This document shows positions 13,501 through 26,611 of a stretch of 64,000 bases of DNA, one piece after another (position 1 is the first letter of the stretch; each line of letters opens with the position of its first letter). Under the pieces are notes generated by a model. The model saw only the letters and a program-made list of their open reading frames with translations. It made no database searches and was not told the origin of the DNA. Source of the DNA: Camelus dromedarius (taxonomy: Eukaryota); NCBI RefSeq assembly GCF_036321535.1, contig NC_087437.1:91142001-91206000 (forward strand), given 5' to 3'. The position numbers and the translations under genes are program-made.

Positions 13501-14842
13501 CCACATGATCCTAGTAGTAAATTACTCTCTGTTTAATTTAGAGACCCAAATTGAATCTTTGACATGCTTGACTGCTAGTCATATTTTATGCAGATAAACC
13601 CAATAACCTTTTCCAAGACTTGGGCAGTAAATAAAAGAGGCGCTGATTTTATAATATTGACATCCCATGAGGAGTGCTCCTGCATTTCTCTCAATTTCTA
13701 GAAAATGTTTTTATTAAAAGTGTGTAATGTTGTATAAAGATAATCACATTGGAAAACAAAATTTGCTTACGATTATGAAGACTAATGTTTATTTCTGTCT
13801 TCATAGTGAAATCACTTTTTGATCTCTGCACTTCACTTCATCAACTACCCTATTTTATTTTTGACATTGGAAGATAGAATATATATCTCACAAGACACAT
13901 AATGAACCAATCTGTTTTTAGCTATTAAAATTAAAATATTTCTATAGTAAATAAGCACTATCTAATTGTCTATAGTATATAGAAGGTATCCTTATACTTA
14001 ACATATTACATGTTTAAAAACAACAAGGGAAACAAAATACTGCCATTCCTGAGGTGTCTGATATGTGGGGATCTAAAATCTGTATAAAGTTGAATAGATA
14101 GTTATTTAACTAAACCAGTAAAAGGGAAAATAAAAGTACTTTGTTGATAGATTTATTTAAATACTGTAGACAGAATGGAATCATAGCAAATCACTTCTTA
14201 AAATGTTTTTAATGATATTTGTAATCTAGGGAGGAAGACAAAGAAATAAAAAATTACTTTTGCAAGGTATTTTTGAAAATAATATTTTGCATAAATTCTT
14301 CACTTCACATTTGGAAATATCATCCACATGTTCAAAAGACTTTTTTAAATATGAAATATCTTAGTAATTACCATCAGCACTGAGCATGAGTTTCAATATA
14401 TCATAGATGTTATTATTTAAAAGTTTCCAAAGCTCTACAAATTACATGATGGGTTACACAATAAAATAAAGTAATTTATAGGAAGTAACTTTATATAGAG
14501 ATAAAACTATATGTTCTAATTACTAGGTGAAATAAACCACCTATTTGATTTCTTCAAATTAATTTGACAATTTTTGCCAGTGTTAAGGGAGATATAAGTC
14601 TCTCTCACTGTCTCTCAGTCTGGATTAGTCATTTTTTAATCAAGTAAGCAAAATTTTAGCTAAATCTAATGTTATATTTTATTTAACTTTATGATAAGAG
14701 ATAATAAACTATTATTTATTTTACATAGATACACAAGTTTTTATAAATATGCTCACTAGATTTACTGCTGATATAAATAGCATATTAATCTAATTTTCCT
14801 CCTTATACTGAAAATATGCCAGGAAGGACTATATGATAAGAA

Positions 14843-14866
14843 ATAGATAGATAGATAGATAGATAG
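14843..14866. repeat. (ATAG)6 tetranucleotide microsatellite
   Basis: Seen directly, abutting the MLT1 edge. Confidence 0.95.
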
Positions 14867-15760
14867 TTAGTTCATTAGGGCTGCTATAACAAAATACCAC
14901 ACACTGAATAGCTTATAAACTACAGACATTTATTTCTCACAATTCTAGAAGCTCAGAGTCTGAGATCCGGGTGCCAGCAGGTCCTGTGAGGGCCCTGTAC
15001 CAGGTTGCAGACTTCTCTGTACTCTCACACAATAGAAGGGACTGGACTGGGGAGTTCTCTGGGATCTCTTTTAAAGGAGTTCTAACCTCCCAAATTTATC
15101 CCCTCCCACCCCTTTTCCCTGGTAACAATAAGATTGTTTACTAAATCTGAGAGTCTGTTTCTGTTTTGTAGGTGAGTTCATGGTGTCCATTTTTTTCTTT
15201 TTTTTTAGATTCCACATATGAGTGATGTCATATGGTATTTTTCTTTCTCTTTCTGGCTTACTTCACTTAGAATGATAATCTCGGTCCATCCATGTTGCTG
15301 CAAATGGCATTATTTTATTCTTTTTTATGGCAGAGTAGTATTCCAAGACTTCTTCATCCAGTATTCTGTCGATGAACATTTAGTTGCTTCCAAGTCTTGG
15401 CTATTGTATATAGTGCTGCTATGAATATTGGTTTGACATTAGTTTGATATTTACAAATGTTAGCCACTATATATAGAGATAGATTTTTAAAAAGTTTCTT
15501 TTGTATAGCACAGGAAACTATGCTCAATATCTTCTAATAACCTTTAATGGAAAAAATATGAAAATGAATATATGTATGTATATGCAAGACTGGGACATTG
15601 TGCTGTACACCAGAAACTGACACATTGTAATTGACTGTACTTCAATAAAAAATTAAAAATTAAATTAAATTAAATGTCTCCACCTCCTAATACTATTAAG
15701 ATTTCAATATATGAATGTAGGAGGGGACACACATATTCGGACATTCAGATCATAGCAACA
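14867..15760 (-). mobile_element. MaLR solo LTR (MLT1A-like), interrupted by an L1
   Basis: Left part agggctgctataacaaaataccacacactg...atttatttctcacaattctagaagct; right part ccacctcctaatac...tttcaatatatgaatgt...acattcagatcatagca. Confidence 0.8.
15087..15674 (+). mobile_element. Young L1 3' end with 5' inversion (inverted part 15087-15431, sense part 15441-15674)
   Basis: The two parts are contiguous in the uninverted copy at 21355-21385. The sense part ends in aataaa plus an A-rich tail. Confidence 0.85.
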
Positions 15761-16934
15761 GCTAAAACCAACACACTTAGTAGTTCTACTTCATCAACTC
15801 AAATTTAGATAGATTTGACAGATAATTACCCAACAATGGTTCTAAAAATAGGCAACTTATCTGTCCAATTTAACTGAACAATAACTTGTTAAGTATCATA
15901 ACAAAGTATGTAAGTATGTTGAGTAGAACTATGATCAAATATCACAAACTGCTTTTCTTGCCAACTTTATCTCTTGTTTATGCTACTATTTTTACTCATA
16001 CCTGCATTTTTAAAAACACAGATCTGTAATACAATGAAGAAAAAAAAAAGTGAGTTTCATCTTGTGCTGACACCTTAGGTGATGAAATCCCACTCAGATA
16101 TTCGGAATAATTGGCAGTTAGAGATCCTTGCTTAAAAGTACCACCAGGACATTTAAACTAGCTCCACGTATTTATTGGTAAGAGAGCTACAGAAATGCCA
16201 CTTTCCTGCTAATGACTATTTCAGATTTGGAGATGCAATACATTTGGTTTATGATGAACACTTCAATAATACTACAGATAGAAGTCAATTTACAAACATG
16301 AATTATTTTTATTTTCCTAACATCAGAAGTTTTGCTTTTACATCAGGCTGAAGTTTTAAATCGAGAACTTGAGTGAAATTCACATTTATTTTATCAACAA
16401 ATTTCCATGAGATTTGTTTGCATTTCACACTGTGTGAATCACATAATGATTCACATATTTCATATCCTACTTTCAGGGGTAGTAATATCATGCACCCAAC
16501 AGTGTGCATTTGATTTAAACTGCAATCGAGCATATTTTAAAAACAATCTGTTTTAGAATCACATACACAATTTCAATGTTGAAAACTTTTATTCTTAGGA
16601 AAATATATATTTCATGGGGCCACTGCTTTAAATATAGAAAATTTAAGACATCAGATATAATACTGGTAAATAGATGATGTGTCACTTACTTCTTTGAAGT
16701 TGTTATTTATATCACTGAAACTGGCTATATCCATAACATTTAAATTCAAACAAAACCCATTTGAAATGACTATGAAATTGAGGCACAAGTGATATTATGA
16801 CTCTTAAATCTTGAAAAGTTTTAATTATTTCACATGTAAAGTGTTACTTCTAATACAAATTTGTGAAATGTTTTGAAAAGTAAGCTTTATTCTGCTTCTG
16901 TGCCTTAAGGCAATAATGAACATCAAACATCCAG

Positions 16935-17300
16935 GTATTCATTTATTTATTTAACAACACATATTTTGCACACCAATTATATACAAAATATTCATTTGGT
17001 TACCATTAGGATAAAAAGCACAATCAACAGTACACGTCTCTAATAGAGATTATAGCTGAGGGAGGGTATAAACCTAAACAAATATACTGCAAGGGGGTTA
17101 AATGTGTCAGAAAGGAAGCACAATGATAGAAAGAATGCTGTGGAATTTCAGAGAAAGAAATATTTGCATTTGAGGATCAAGAGGAGTTTAATTAAGGAAT
17201 TCACACTTGAACAAAGATATAGAGAAATTATTTGAATTATGGGGAAAAAAGCAATAAAAATTATTCAGGTCTATGAGATAATGATTAGAAAATACATAGC
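16935..17300 (-). mobile_element. L2 3' fragment
   Basis: attcatttatttatttaacaacacatattttgcacacc resembles the L2 terminus, followed by purine-rich L2-like sequence. Confidence 0.5.
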
Positions 17301-20300
17301 AATAAGAAAATATTTGGCCCAGAAAGAAATATAATAGATTGCCATATTTTTAATTCTAGTACATGTATCCTTTCTCCCAGGAATTATCTTCAGATCCAGA
17401 ACAAACACGTTTTGCAGTTTATATCCTAAAATCATTCTTTTTTACAAAATTACTCATATTTTTAAAATTAATTTTAAAGAGGTAAAAGATACAAAGTTTG
17501 CTCATTGAGAATCTAAGTCCCTAGTATGAGTTTTTCATGTTACCTAAATATACATTCACAAAGTTCAAAAATTATCAAAATCTAACCACAGATAACAACT
17601 GCTTTTAAGCATTAAAAATATGACAATTTATTATTTCCTTCAGGGCCAAGTATTTTCTTGTTGATATATGCAGTGTGAGAGAGAGGGATTACAGAAAATA
17701 TTTTAACAACAATGTCACATACCTCTTACAAATGGAATAATAATAATTGGATATTTTCCTTGAATGGTAAGGTTTCATAAAAAACACTGGATTTTTAGAT
17801 TCAATTTTTATATTCTATATTGGAAATTTACAGCTAAGTATCTCAGATTAGTTCTGGGTTTTGCCATATGAATATGCACATTCACGTTCCTATTTATTTA
17901 TTGTTCTTTATCGTTTGAATCCATTTTTAACAAAAAAGCAAATGGATAATTAGATCACTGCATTTCTTGACAGGTAACTCCATAATAGCTCAAATTTGCT
18001 AGTGAAACAAAATGTAGGATTCAGTTTTAAATACTTTAGTCATATGAAAATCTTTGATTAAAAAGAAACTTGCAGAGTTTTTGCTTTGTTATATTAACAC
18101 CTTAGAAAATCCTATCTTAAAAAAATGTATTTACAAAGGAGTAATTCTAAAAATAATTGCATTAAATTTGATCTCATGAAGACTTCATAAGATAGATCTA
18201 ATTTAACATTATTCCTGTTTATGATATGCAAGTTTTTTTCATATTGATTTATAATGAGTTTGCAAAATAAAAATGATAAACTAATACAAATTCACATTTG
18301 AAACAATGGTTTTAAATAGTAAAAATGCACATTTTATAATTACTTTTTAAATAGTGTTTGTGTATTTTTGGCTTTTTATCTTTTGGTTTCTTGTTCTGTA
18401 CTCAATCTGAAAATCCATAGATTAGTTTCCTTGGGGAAGAATATATATATTGTTATTTTATAAAATGACATTTAAAAATTTTTAAATAACATAGTCTCTA
18501 TAAGAAGCCATAAAAAAACAAAGTGACTACTTTACATTTTTACATTAATTGTTCAGCAAAAATTAACGAAAAATATCACAGATATTACTTTTATTTATTT
18601 TTTCTAAATCAAATTATTTTCAGTTTTTCCACATTGGTAGTCTTTTGAGTTCTTGGAGCATTTATAAGTGTCCAGAGAACCCAAAAAAAATACCTCATTT
18701 CCTCCTTCTGCTGGAGTCAAGAGATTTTCCCTTCTGCCTTTCTAGTCTGATTTGAAAAGTTGATCTTCGTGTCTGATCCTCTAGCCTTTTCATCTTAATG
18801 ACTTCCTCTTATTTTGACCTGATTGGGTCTGAATTAAAAACCACAGCTTAGGAACATCTTATGACTTAGCACCTATTCAAGAAAATACTCTAGAGCCTAG
18901 AAGATGTTGCATCACTGCCCATTGGAAGTTTTTAAGGTAATTATGCTGCTCTCTCTAACAAAGGACACCAGTACATGCACCCACCTCTACACCTCTACCG
19001 CCACCACTCTCTGGTTTGAGAAAGGCATCATACATTCATAAAGATCATCACACATTTTATATATTTTGTCATGCTTATATGGATAAGATAAATTTTCATA
19101 GGTCCCAAGTTGGGGAAAAGAAAGAACGTCTAGTAAAGGAGAAGTCATATTATATGAAAAATTTAACATGCCATCAGAAATGACCTTGATAAGTTTTTAG
19201 GTGCAATCAATCTTCTTGTCTTTAAATTTCTTAGGTCCAACATTGATTTCTATAACCTTTTCCAGGAGACAATGAATTTTAAATGTATGCCAATAATACT
19301 TAGCACAGAGTTTTATGAAGTGAGTGGATGCTTTTCACATTTTTGACTTGAGCTTTCTTTGTCCCTTCCCTAAGCTGCATTTATCTTTTCTGGTTAGAAA
19401 AGCAAAGAATCTAATTATCAAGTTTTATTTTCATTTTGCATCTCTCCTCTCTTGAGGATATGGTGGTAAAGAACTGTGTCACCTTGTAAGTGTTGAGGAA
19501 ATCACAATTAAATAATCCTCTGAGATATGTTGCAGGCTGTCCTCATGTTCCTCAGGGAATCCAGATCTAAGGTGAGGATTTAAATTCAAAATTATTAATG
19601 TTCATAATATCATAAAATATTAAAGCTAGAAGATACCAGAAAAATAATCCTATCTTGATTTCCTTGCTTTATCTGAAAGAAAACAGTGTCAAAGTGACAA
19701 TCTAGCCCAAAGTCACAATGTCTGTTAGCAACTGAAGATAGACAGAAACCTAGACATCCTGATCTAACATAACCTTCTGCAGCTAATTGAATATGGAATC
19801 TTTCATATGTCAAAGTAACAATGGTGAAACAATACATCATCCACCTTGATTAATGACCATAATGAAAGGCTTGCTTAACACAACGGAAGTAAATGCAGCA
19901 AGTAGACTTATTGAATTTTAAAGGCCGTAATGCCTTTGTGTCTGTGATCTGCTTGTACTGCAACCATGCTCTTTTAAATCTGCTTATGTTTTAGTTACCA
20001 GGTCTATAATACCTGGTTATTCACGTGGCCATAAGAAGAGGGAAAAAAAAAAACTCAAAGATGAATAATTATGTTGGAAAGTGTGTAGTTACAGAGAATA
20101 AAAGGCTCTCATACATTAGAGAAAAATGTATCTGTGTTGTGTTCATTTGTGTGTTTAATTTATACATTGTAATAAAGGAAAATTTTCCTATATATTCATT
20201 TGGAAATATTGAAAGAATAAACCACAAAAGAGTACCGGAAAGAAAATAATACTACTTGGCTTTTTTAAATGAAAGTAATATTAATTTTAGACATTTATGA

Positions 20301-20369
20301 GAGCTCATTAACATTTACAACTAATTATAATGGCTACTAATTTTTATTAGAACTTTTATTTTTCAAGAG

Positions 20370-20540
20370 CTTTTATAATCACATCTTAATTTGTCCCCGC
20401 CATAGCTGTGGAAGTCATGGAAGATTTTATTTTCTCCATATTACTGATGAAACAACAGGGTCAAAATGGTTAAGTGGTTTGCCCAAGATAAATAAACCAA
20501 GTTGTTTAGATCTTTGACCAGCAATTGTCTATTATATAGC
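20370..20540 (-). mobile_element. MIR SINE fragment
   Basis: MIR core-like ccatattactgatgaaacaacagggtcaaaatggttaagtggtttgcccaagat. Confidence 0.65.
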
Positions 20541-21146
20541 AAGTTAACAATTTCACTCACTTTCAATATCAAATTCTTTATAAAACCACAATCATCTATA
20601 ACTCACGTGGTATGATCTCTGTTTACTGTTATACATTGAAAACCTTCATAATTGGTTTATCCATTCCATTTCCTCTATTCCAAAGAAACCTTCCTTAAAA
20701 AGCATCTATTACCATTAACTTTACCAAATGTATTTTTATTAATAGTATACTTCGACCAATAAAATATAGCCCAAAACACGTAAGGACTTTCATGCAGTCT
20801 GAGATCCAACATGATGCAAGAAAATAGAACTGATCTTAAAAGCAGGAAGTATCAGTTTATACCCAGATCTAATAAATATATAAGAATATGCCTTCCCACA
20901 TCTTAGCAATAATCACTAATAAGGTGATTTTATTACATAGCCTAATCCCTGCTGCATTCCCAAATTGGTTCTTACTGAGATACGTGGTAGGTCCTAGAGT
21001 CCATGATGGGCCTGGGGTTAGTTGTAGTGCAATAATCTCAGTTTACAGTGTGAGTGCAGAGTCATTGTTCTCACTAAGATGTAAACATGTAGCTCTGTTC
21101 AATAATGCTGCATGCGGGGGCACTACATTATCAAGAATCAGCAACC

Positions 21147-21978
21147 TTTTTTTTTTTTTAAATTTAAGTACAGTCAGTTACAATGGGTCAATTTCTGGTG
21201 TACAACACAATGTCCCAGTCATGCATATACATATATATATATATGTTTATATATTCTTTTTCATTAAAGGTTATTACAAGATACTGAATAAAGTTCCCAA
21301 TGTGGTGCAGAAGAAACTTGTTTTTTTTAATCTATTTTTAGATATAGTAGCCAACATTTGCAAATCTCAAACTCCCAAATTTATCCCTTCCTACTCCCTT
21401 TCCCTGGTAACCATAAGATTGTTTACTAAGTTTACTGTTTACTAAGCAAGTCTGTTTCTGTTTTATAGATGAGTTCATAGTGTCTTTTTTATCTTTTTTT
21501 TTTAGATTCCACATATGAGTGATGTCATATGGTATTCTTTCTCTTTCTGGCTTACTTCACTTAGAATGATGATCTCTAGGTCCATCCATGTTGCTGCAAA
21601 TAGCATTATTTTATTATTTTTTATGGCTGAGTAGTATTCCATTGTATAAATATACCACAACTTGTTTATCCAGTCATCTGTCGATGGGCATTTAGGTTGT
21701 TTTCATGTCTTAACTATCGTATATTGTGCTGCTATGAAAATTGGGGTGCATGTATATTTTCAAATTAGAGTTCCCTCTGGATACATACCCAGGAATGGGA
21801 TTGCTGGATCATATAGTAAGTCTCTTTTTAGATTTTTGAGGAATCTCCATACTGTTTTCCATAATAGCTGCACCAAACTACATTGCCACCAGCATTGTAG
21901 GAGGGTTCCCTTTTCCCCACTCCCTCCCAGCATTTATTGTTCATGGACTTTTGAATAATGGCCATTCTGACTGGTGTG
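21147..21978 (-). mobile_element. 5'-truncated lineage-specific L1 (3' UTR plus ORF2 C-terminus) with TSD
   Basis: Poly(T) at 21147-21159. TSD tcagcaaccttt (21138-21149) vs tcagcagccttt (21979-21990), one mismatch, followed by A (TTT/A endonuclease-type site). Confidence 0.9.
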
Positions 21979-23266
21979 TCAGCAGCCTTTATGCTGCTAC
22001 ATTTCAGTTTCCTGAATCATCATGGCTAGAGATTATGGCTTCCTTCTTTCCCTACCTCAGTGAGACCTGGTTCTTTGATTTCATTTTGGAAATTTTAGTT
22101 TGGATAGTTGAACTCCTTGATCCAGTAATAATCCCCTTCCTTTCAGCACTTATCTTCCCCAAACCACCTCCCTTCCTCTTGAGTATATGATTTTAGATTG
22201 TTCACTGAAAGTAATGAATTCAGTAGGGTGCATTCTTTAGGGCACAAAGCTTGGATTTTTTAATGTGATTTCCCAGCAATTCTATTCACCTTGAAAATTC
22301 TTTATGCAGATTCAAGCTTTTATATTTACCTTTGGCATTAATATAGTTTTTGTTTTCAGATTTAAATTTTCCACCTGATATAAATTTAAACATTTCTCTA
22401 GAATCTAATTTAATCTGTATATCCATCCTTCTTACAGTTCAGGCCCGGAAGACTGGCAAATGACTGAAATTACTGAGAGTCATTTCTGACCACAATGTTA
22501 TTAAACTAAAACTAAAGAAAAATAAGATAATTTTAAAATATCTAACTTTATGGAAATTTTAAGAAAAGATATAAATAATCCATGAATAATAGAACTCAAA
22601 ATGAAAGTTAAAGCATGTTCAGCTTTTCAAACAACAGAACATTAATTAAGATAACAAGGAATAGTTTTAACATACAGAAAGTAATAACCTTCATTTACCC
22701 AAAAAATAACCAGTTAGAAGAGATACTTACAGAGAAAAGTTATTTGCAATAGAAATAAAGAAGATAAATAGAGCTAGGAAAAAGATAATACAAACAAACA
22801 AGCAAACAAACAAAAACCTCCATATATGCCAAAAATATAAGGAAAACTCTAAGACAGTATTAAATAAACAAGTGGAATTAAATAGAGATACTTTTTGTAG
22901 ATGACTAAATTTACAAAGATGTGAGTTCTCATTAATTTATAAATTCAAAGAAACTCGATTAAAAAATGACTATAAGTTTTTATCAGAACCTAAACAAATT
23001 GATACTACTTAATATATGCAAGTAAACATTCAAGAATATTTTGAAAAAATGACAAGAAATCTACTACAAGTAGGACTTACATTACCACATGTTAAAACAG
23101 ATTATAAAGCCTCCATAATTTAAACAATGTAATGTTGGTACATAAATAGACAGACAACAAAACTGAATAGAAAATCCAGAAAAAGACACAAGTACATTCA
23201 AATATAATGTATGGTAAATTTGATATATGATAAAGCTGCCATCACAAATCATTTAGCTAAAGGGAG

Positions 23267-24968
23267 TTTTTTTTACATTTTTTTATTGAGTAATAGTTAT
23301 TTTACTATGTTGTGTCAAATTCTAGTGTAGAGCACAATTTTTCAGTCATACATGAACATGTATATATTCATTGTCACATTTCTTTTTTCACTATGAGCTA
23401 CCACAAGATCTTGTGTATATTTCCCTGTGCTATACAGTATAATCTTGTTTATCTATTCTAGATTTTAAAATCCCAGTCTGTCCCTTCCCACCCCCCACCC
23501 CCTTGGCAACCACAAGTTTGTATTCTATGTCTATGAGTCTATTTCTGTTTTGTATTTATGTTTTGTTTGTTTGTTTGTTTGTTTTAGATTCTTTATATAA
23601 GTGATCTCATATGGTATTTTTCTTTCTCTTTCTGGCTTACTTCACTTTGAATGACATTCTCCAGGAACATCCATGTTGCTGCAAATGGCGTTATGTTGTC
23701 AGTCTTTGTGGCTGGATAGTATTCCATTGTATGAGTATACCACATCTTCTTTATTCAGTCATCTGTTGATGGACATCTAGGCTGCTCCCATGTCTTGGCT
23801 ATTGTAAATAGTGCTGCTATGAACATTGGGGTGCAGGCATCATTTTGAAGTAGGGTTCTTGTGTCATATGGTTAAGTCTATTCCTAGTCTTTGAGGAATC
23901 TCAATACTGTTTTCCACAGTGGCTTTCCTTGCTTCCCTCTCCCACTCTTAATGATTTAGATGTCTTCTTTTACAATTTTTTGTTTATTCCTTTTGTAATT
24001 CATGGCATTTATCTCCTTTCCAGTTAAGAGTTTCTCATTTTTGTAGCATCCTGCTTCTCTTCTATTTAGAGTAGACCTGTCAGTATTTCTTTTAGCATGG
24101 GTTTAGTGTTGCTAAACTCTGTTAGTTTTTGCTTGTCTGTGAAATTCTTTATCTCTCCTTCTATTCTAAAGGATAGCCTTGCTGGACAGAGTATCCTAGG
24201 CTGCATCTTTTTTTCATTCAGGACTTTGAATATATCTTGCCACTCCCTTTTGGCCTGTAGTATTTGTGTAGAGAAATCAGCTGAGAGCCTTACAGGGGTT
24301 CCCTTGTAACTCACTCTTTGTTTTTCTCTTGCTGCCTTGAGGATCATTTCTTTATCCTTGACTCTGGCCATCTTGATTATAATATGTCTTGGTGTGGGTC
24401 TGTTTGGGTTCTTCCTGTTTGGGACCCTCTGAGCCTCCTGTACTTGGATATCTGATTCTTTCTTTAGGTTTGGGAAGTTTTCAGTCATGATTTCTTCAAT
24501 TACCATTTCAATCCCCTTTGTTCTTTCTTCCCTTTCTGGGACCCCTATTATGCGTAGATTGGCATGCTTTATATTATCCCATAGGTCCCTTATATTGTTT
24601 TCATTGTTTTTTATTTGTTTTTCTGTCAGCTGTTCTGATTGGGTGCTTTCTGTTGTCCTGTCTTCTAGGTCACTTATTCATTCCTCTGAATTATCTAGCC
24701 TGCTTTGTACAGCCTTTAGGTCAGCTCTCATCTTAGTAAATGAGTTTACTAATTCTACTCGGTTCCTCTTTATAGCTTCTGTTTCATTTTTGACATATTT
24801 TATATCTCTTCACACTGTTTCTTTTAGTTCCTTCAGTACTTTGATCACTCCTTTTTTGAAATCTTGATGTAGTAGGCCATCAATGTCTATTTCCTTGATT
24901 GTGCTTTCAGGGGATTTCTCTTGATCCTTTAATTGGGAGTGGTTCCTCTGTTTCTTCATATTGCTCAT
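23267..24968 (-). mobile_element. ORF1-only (half-L1-like) L1 copy: ORF1, ~140 bp spacer, end of ORF2, 3' UTR and poly(A)
   Basis: Poly(T) at 23267. 3' UTR and ORF2 tail run to 23922, with an abrupt junction to the post-ORF1 spacer at 23923-23925. Degenerate TSD ggagttttt / ggaattttt. Confidence 0.9.
24066..24968 (-). pseudogene. LINE-1 ORF1p (coiled coil, RRM, CTD), about 300 codons, with 1 frameshift and 2 stops; the C-terminal 146 aa are open
   Basis: Begins ATG AGC AAT ATG AAG AAA CAG AGG (MSNMKKQR). Contains RDLWDNIKHANLRIIGVPE, ENFPNL, QEAQRVP, TPRHIIIK, ILKAAREK, RLSADFS, PARLSF. Confidence 0.92.
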
Positions 24969-25409
24969 AGGAATTTTTAATAAATGATTCTGGAACAGCC
25001 AGAGAGCTATTTAGAAAAAGCATTAACATAAGTCTATACATTATACATAAGAATAAGTAAGTATCTAAGTATATCAGAGATCTAAATATTTTTAAAAATA
25101 TTTAAGTTCTAGAAAATAAATATAGGTGAATGTCTATGTAAAATGGATACAGGTATGAACTTTTTTATGACTCAAAATTTAGATGCAATAAAGTAAGATA
25201 GATTAAAAATGATAAAGTAAAACTGTATAAACAAACACATTTCATGTAAGCAAAAATCACCATTGAATTTGTAAAGAAAATTTAAAATATTAGCAAAATA
25301 TATCACACAAAGGGCTAATATTCAAAATGTATAAATAAGTCATAATGATTCAGGAAAACAACACCAAAAGTAAGTTTACTATAATCACATGAACAGGAAA
25401 AACTGACTC

Positions 25410-26093
25410 AAGTAACTTTACAAAATTTTTTTCCTTATGATGAGAACTTTTTACATTTATTCTTTTATAAGCTTTCAAATATGCAATGCAGTGTTAACTA
25501 TAGTCACCATGTTGTACATTACATCCCCATGACTTATTTTATAACAGGAAATTTGGACCTTTTCACTTCTTTAATCCATTTTACCCACACCCTAGCCTTC
25601 ACCTCTGGCAACCATCAATATGTACTCTCTATCCAGAGCTCATTTTTAAATTTATTTTAATTTTTTTTAGATCCAACATATAAGTGAGATCATACAGTAT
25701 CTCTCTCTGTCTGACTTATTTCACTTAGCATAATACCCTCAAGGTCCATTCATGTTGTCGCAAATGTAAGATTGCCTTCTTTTTTATGGTTGATGATATT
25801 TAATTGTATGCATACATAACACATTTTCTTTATCCACCCATCCATTCATGGACACATAGGTTGCTTCCATGTTTTGGCCACTGTAAATAATGCTGCAATC
25901 AACATGGGTGTGTGTATGTCTTTTTGAATTATTTTTTCCATTTTTTTGGATACTCAGAAGTAGAATTGCTGAATCATTTAGTAGTTCTATTTTTAATTTT
26001 TTGAAGAACTTTTATTTTTCTCACCACTTCCTCACCAATATTTGTTATTCCTTGTCTTTTTAATAATAGTCATTCTAACAGATAAGAAGTGAT
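25410..26093 (-). mobile_element. L1MA9-like 3' fragment
   Basis: ttaactatagtcaccatgttgtacattacatcccc; ttcacttagcataataccctcaaggtccattcatgttgtcgcaaatg. Confidence 0.85.
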
Positions 26094-26445
26094 GAATAAA
26101 GAGAATGGATCTCTGATTGCCAGAGGCAGGGTGTTGGGGTTGGACAAACTAGGTAATGGTGGTTGAAAGGTACAAACTTCCAGTTATGAAATAAATAACT
26201 CATAGGTATGAAATGTACAGCATTGCAACTATAATTAACAGTGCTCTATTGCATATTTGCAAATTTCTAAGACAGTAGATTTTAAACGTTCTCATCAGAA
26301 GAAAAAATTTATAAATATATATGGTAACTGATGTTAACTAGACTTATTGTGAGGATCACTATGAAATATATACAAATATGAAATGACTATGTTGTACAAC
26401 TGAAACTGCTGTAATGTTATATATCAATTATACCTGATTAAAAAG
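26094..26445 (+). mobile_element. L1MA9-like 3' end
   Basis: ttgccagaggcagggtg...aaggtacaaacttccagttatgaaataaataa...gttgtacaactgaaact...aattatacc. Confidence 0.85.
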
Positions 26446-26611
26446 TAAAGAAGTGTATTGAAAAACTATGACTCAATTACATTTAGAACCACCAAGTGAA
26501 TGTCCACATTTCACCACAACTCAGAGAAATATTTTTATGTGAAAGAATGAATGTAGAATGCCACCATGTAGCCGTGTCATTTAAAAAGATCAACCCATAA
26601 ATAACTATTTG

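Larger units (their letters stand above)
22470..25370 (+). mobile_element. Old L1 ORF2 remnant, split by the younger L1 at 23267-24968
   Basis: catttctgaccacaatgttattaaacta; ggacttacattaccacatgttaaaacagattataaagc. The text resumes with aataaatgattctggaac after the insertion. Confidence 0.7.

Noticed and set aside
16309..16533. 74-aa minus-strand ORF with protein-like composition
   Set aside because: Non-ATG start, no recognisable motif or convincing splice sites; I cannot support it as an exon or viral relic.
20888..21445. Longest ORF in the track (185 aa)
   Set aside because: It runs from unique DNA through a poly(T) tail into an antisense L1 3' UTR and shows no recognisable domain; chance ORF.
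24097..24867. Plus-strand ORFs 24097..24309, 24487..24867 and 24518..24736
   Set aside because: Antisense reads of L1 ORF1.
25410..26445. A second twin-primed inverted L1
   Set aside because: The two oppositely oriented parts cover overlapping 3' UTR sequence, which fits two separate insertions better.
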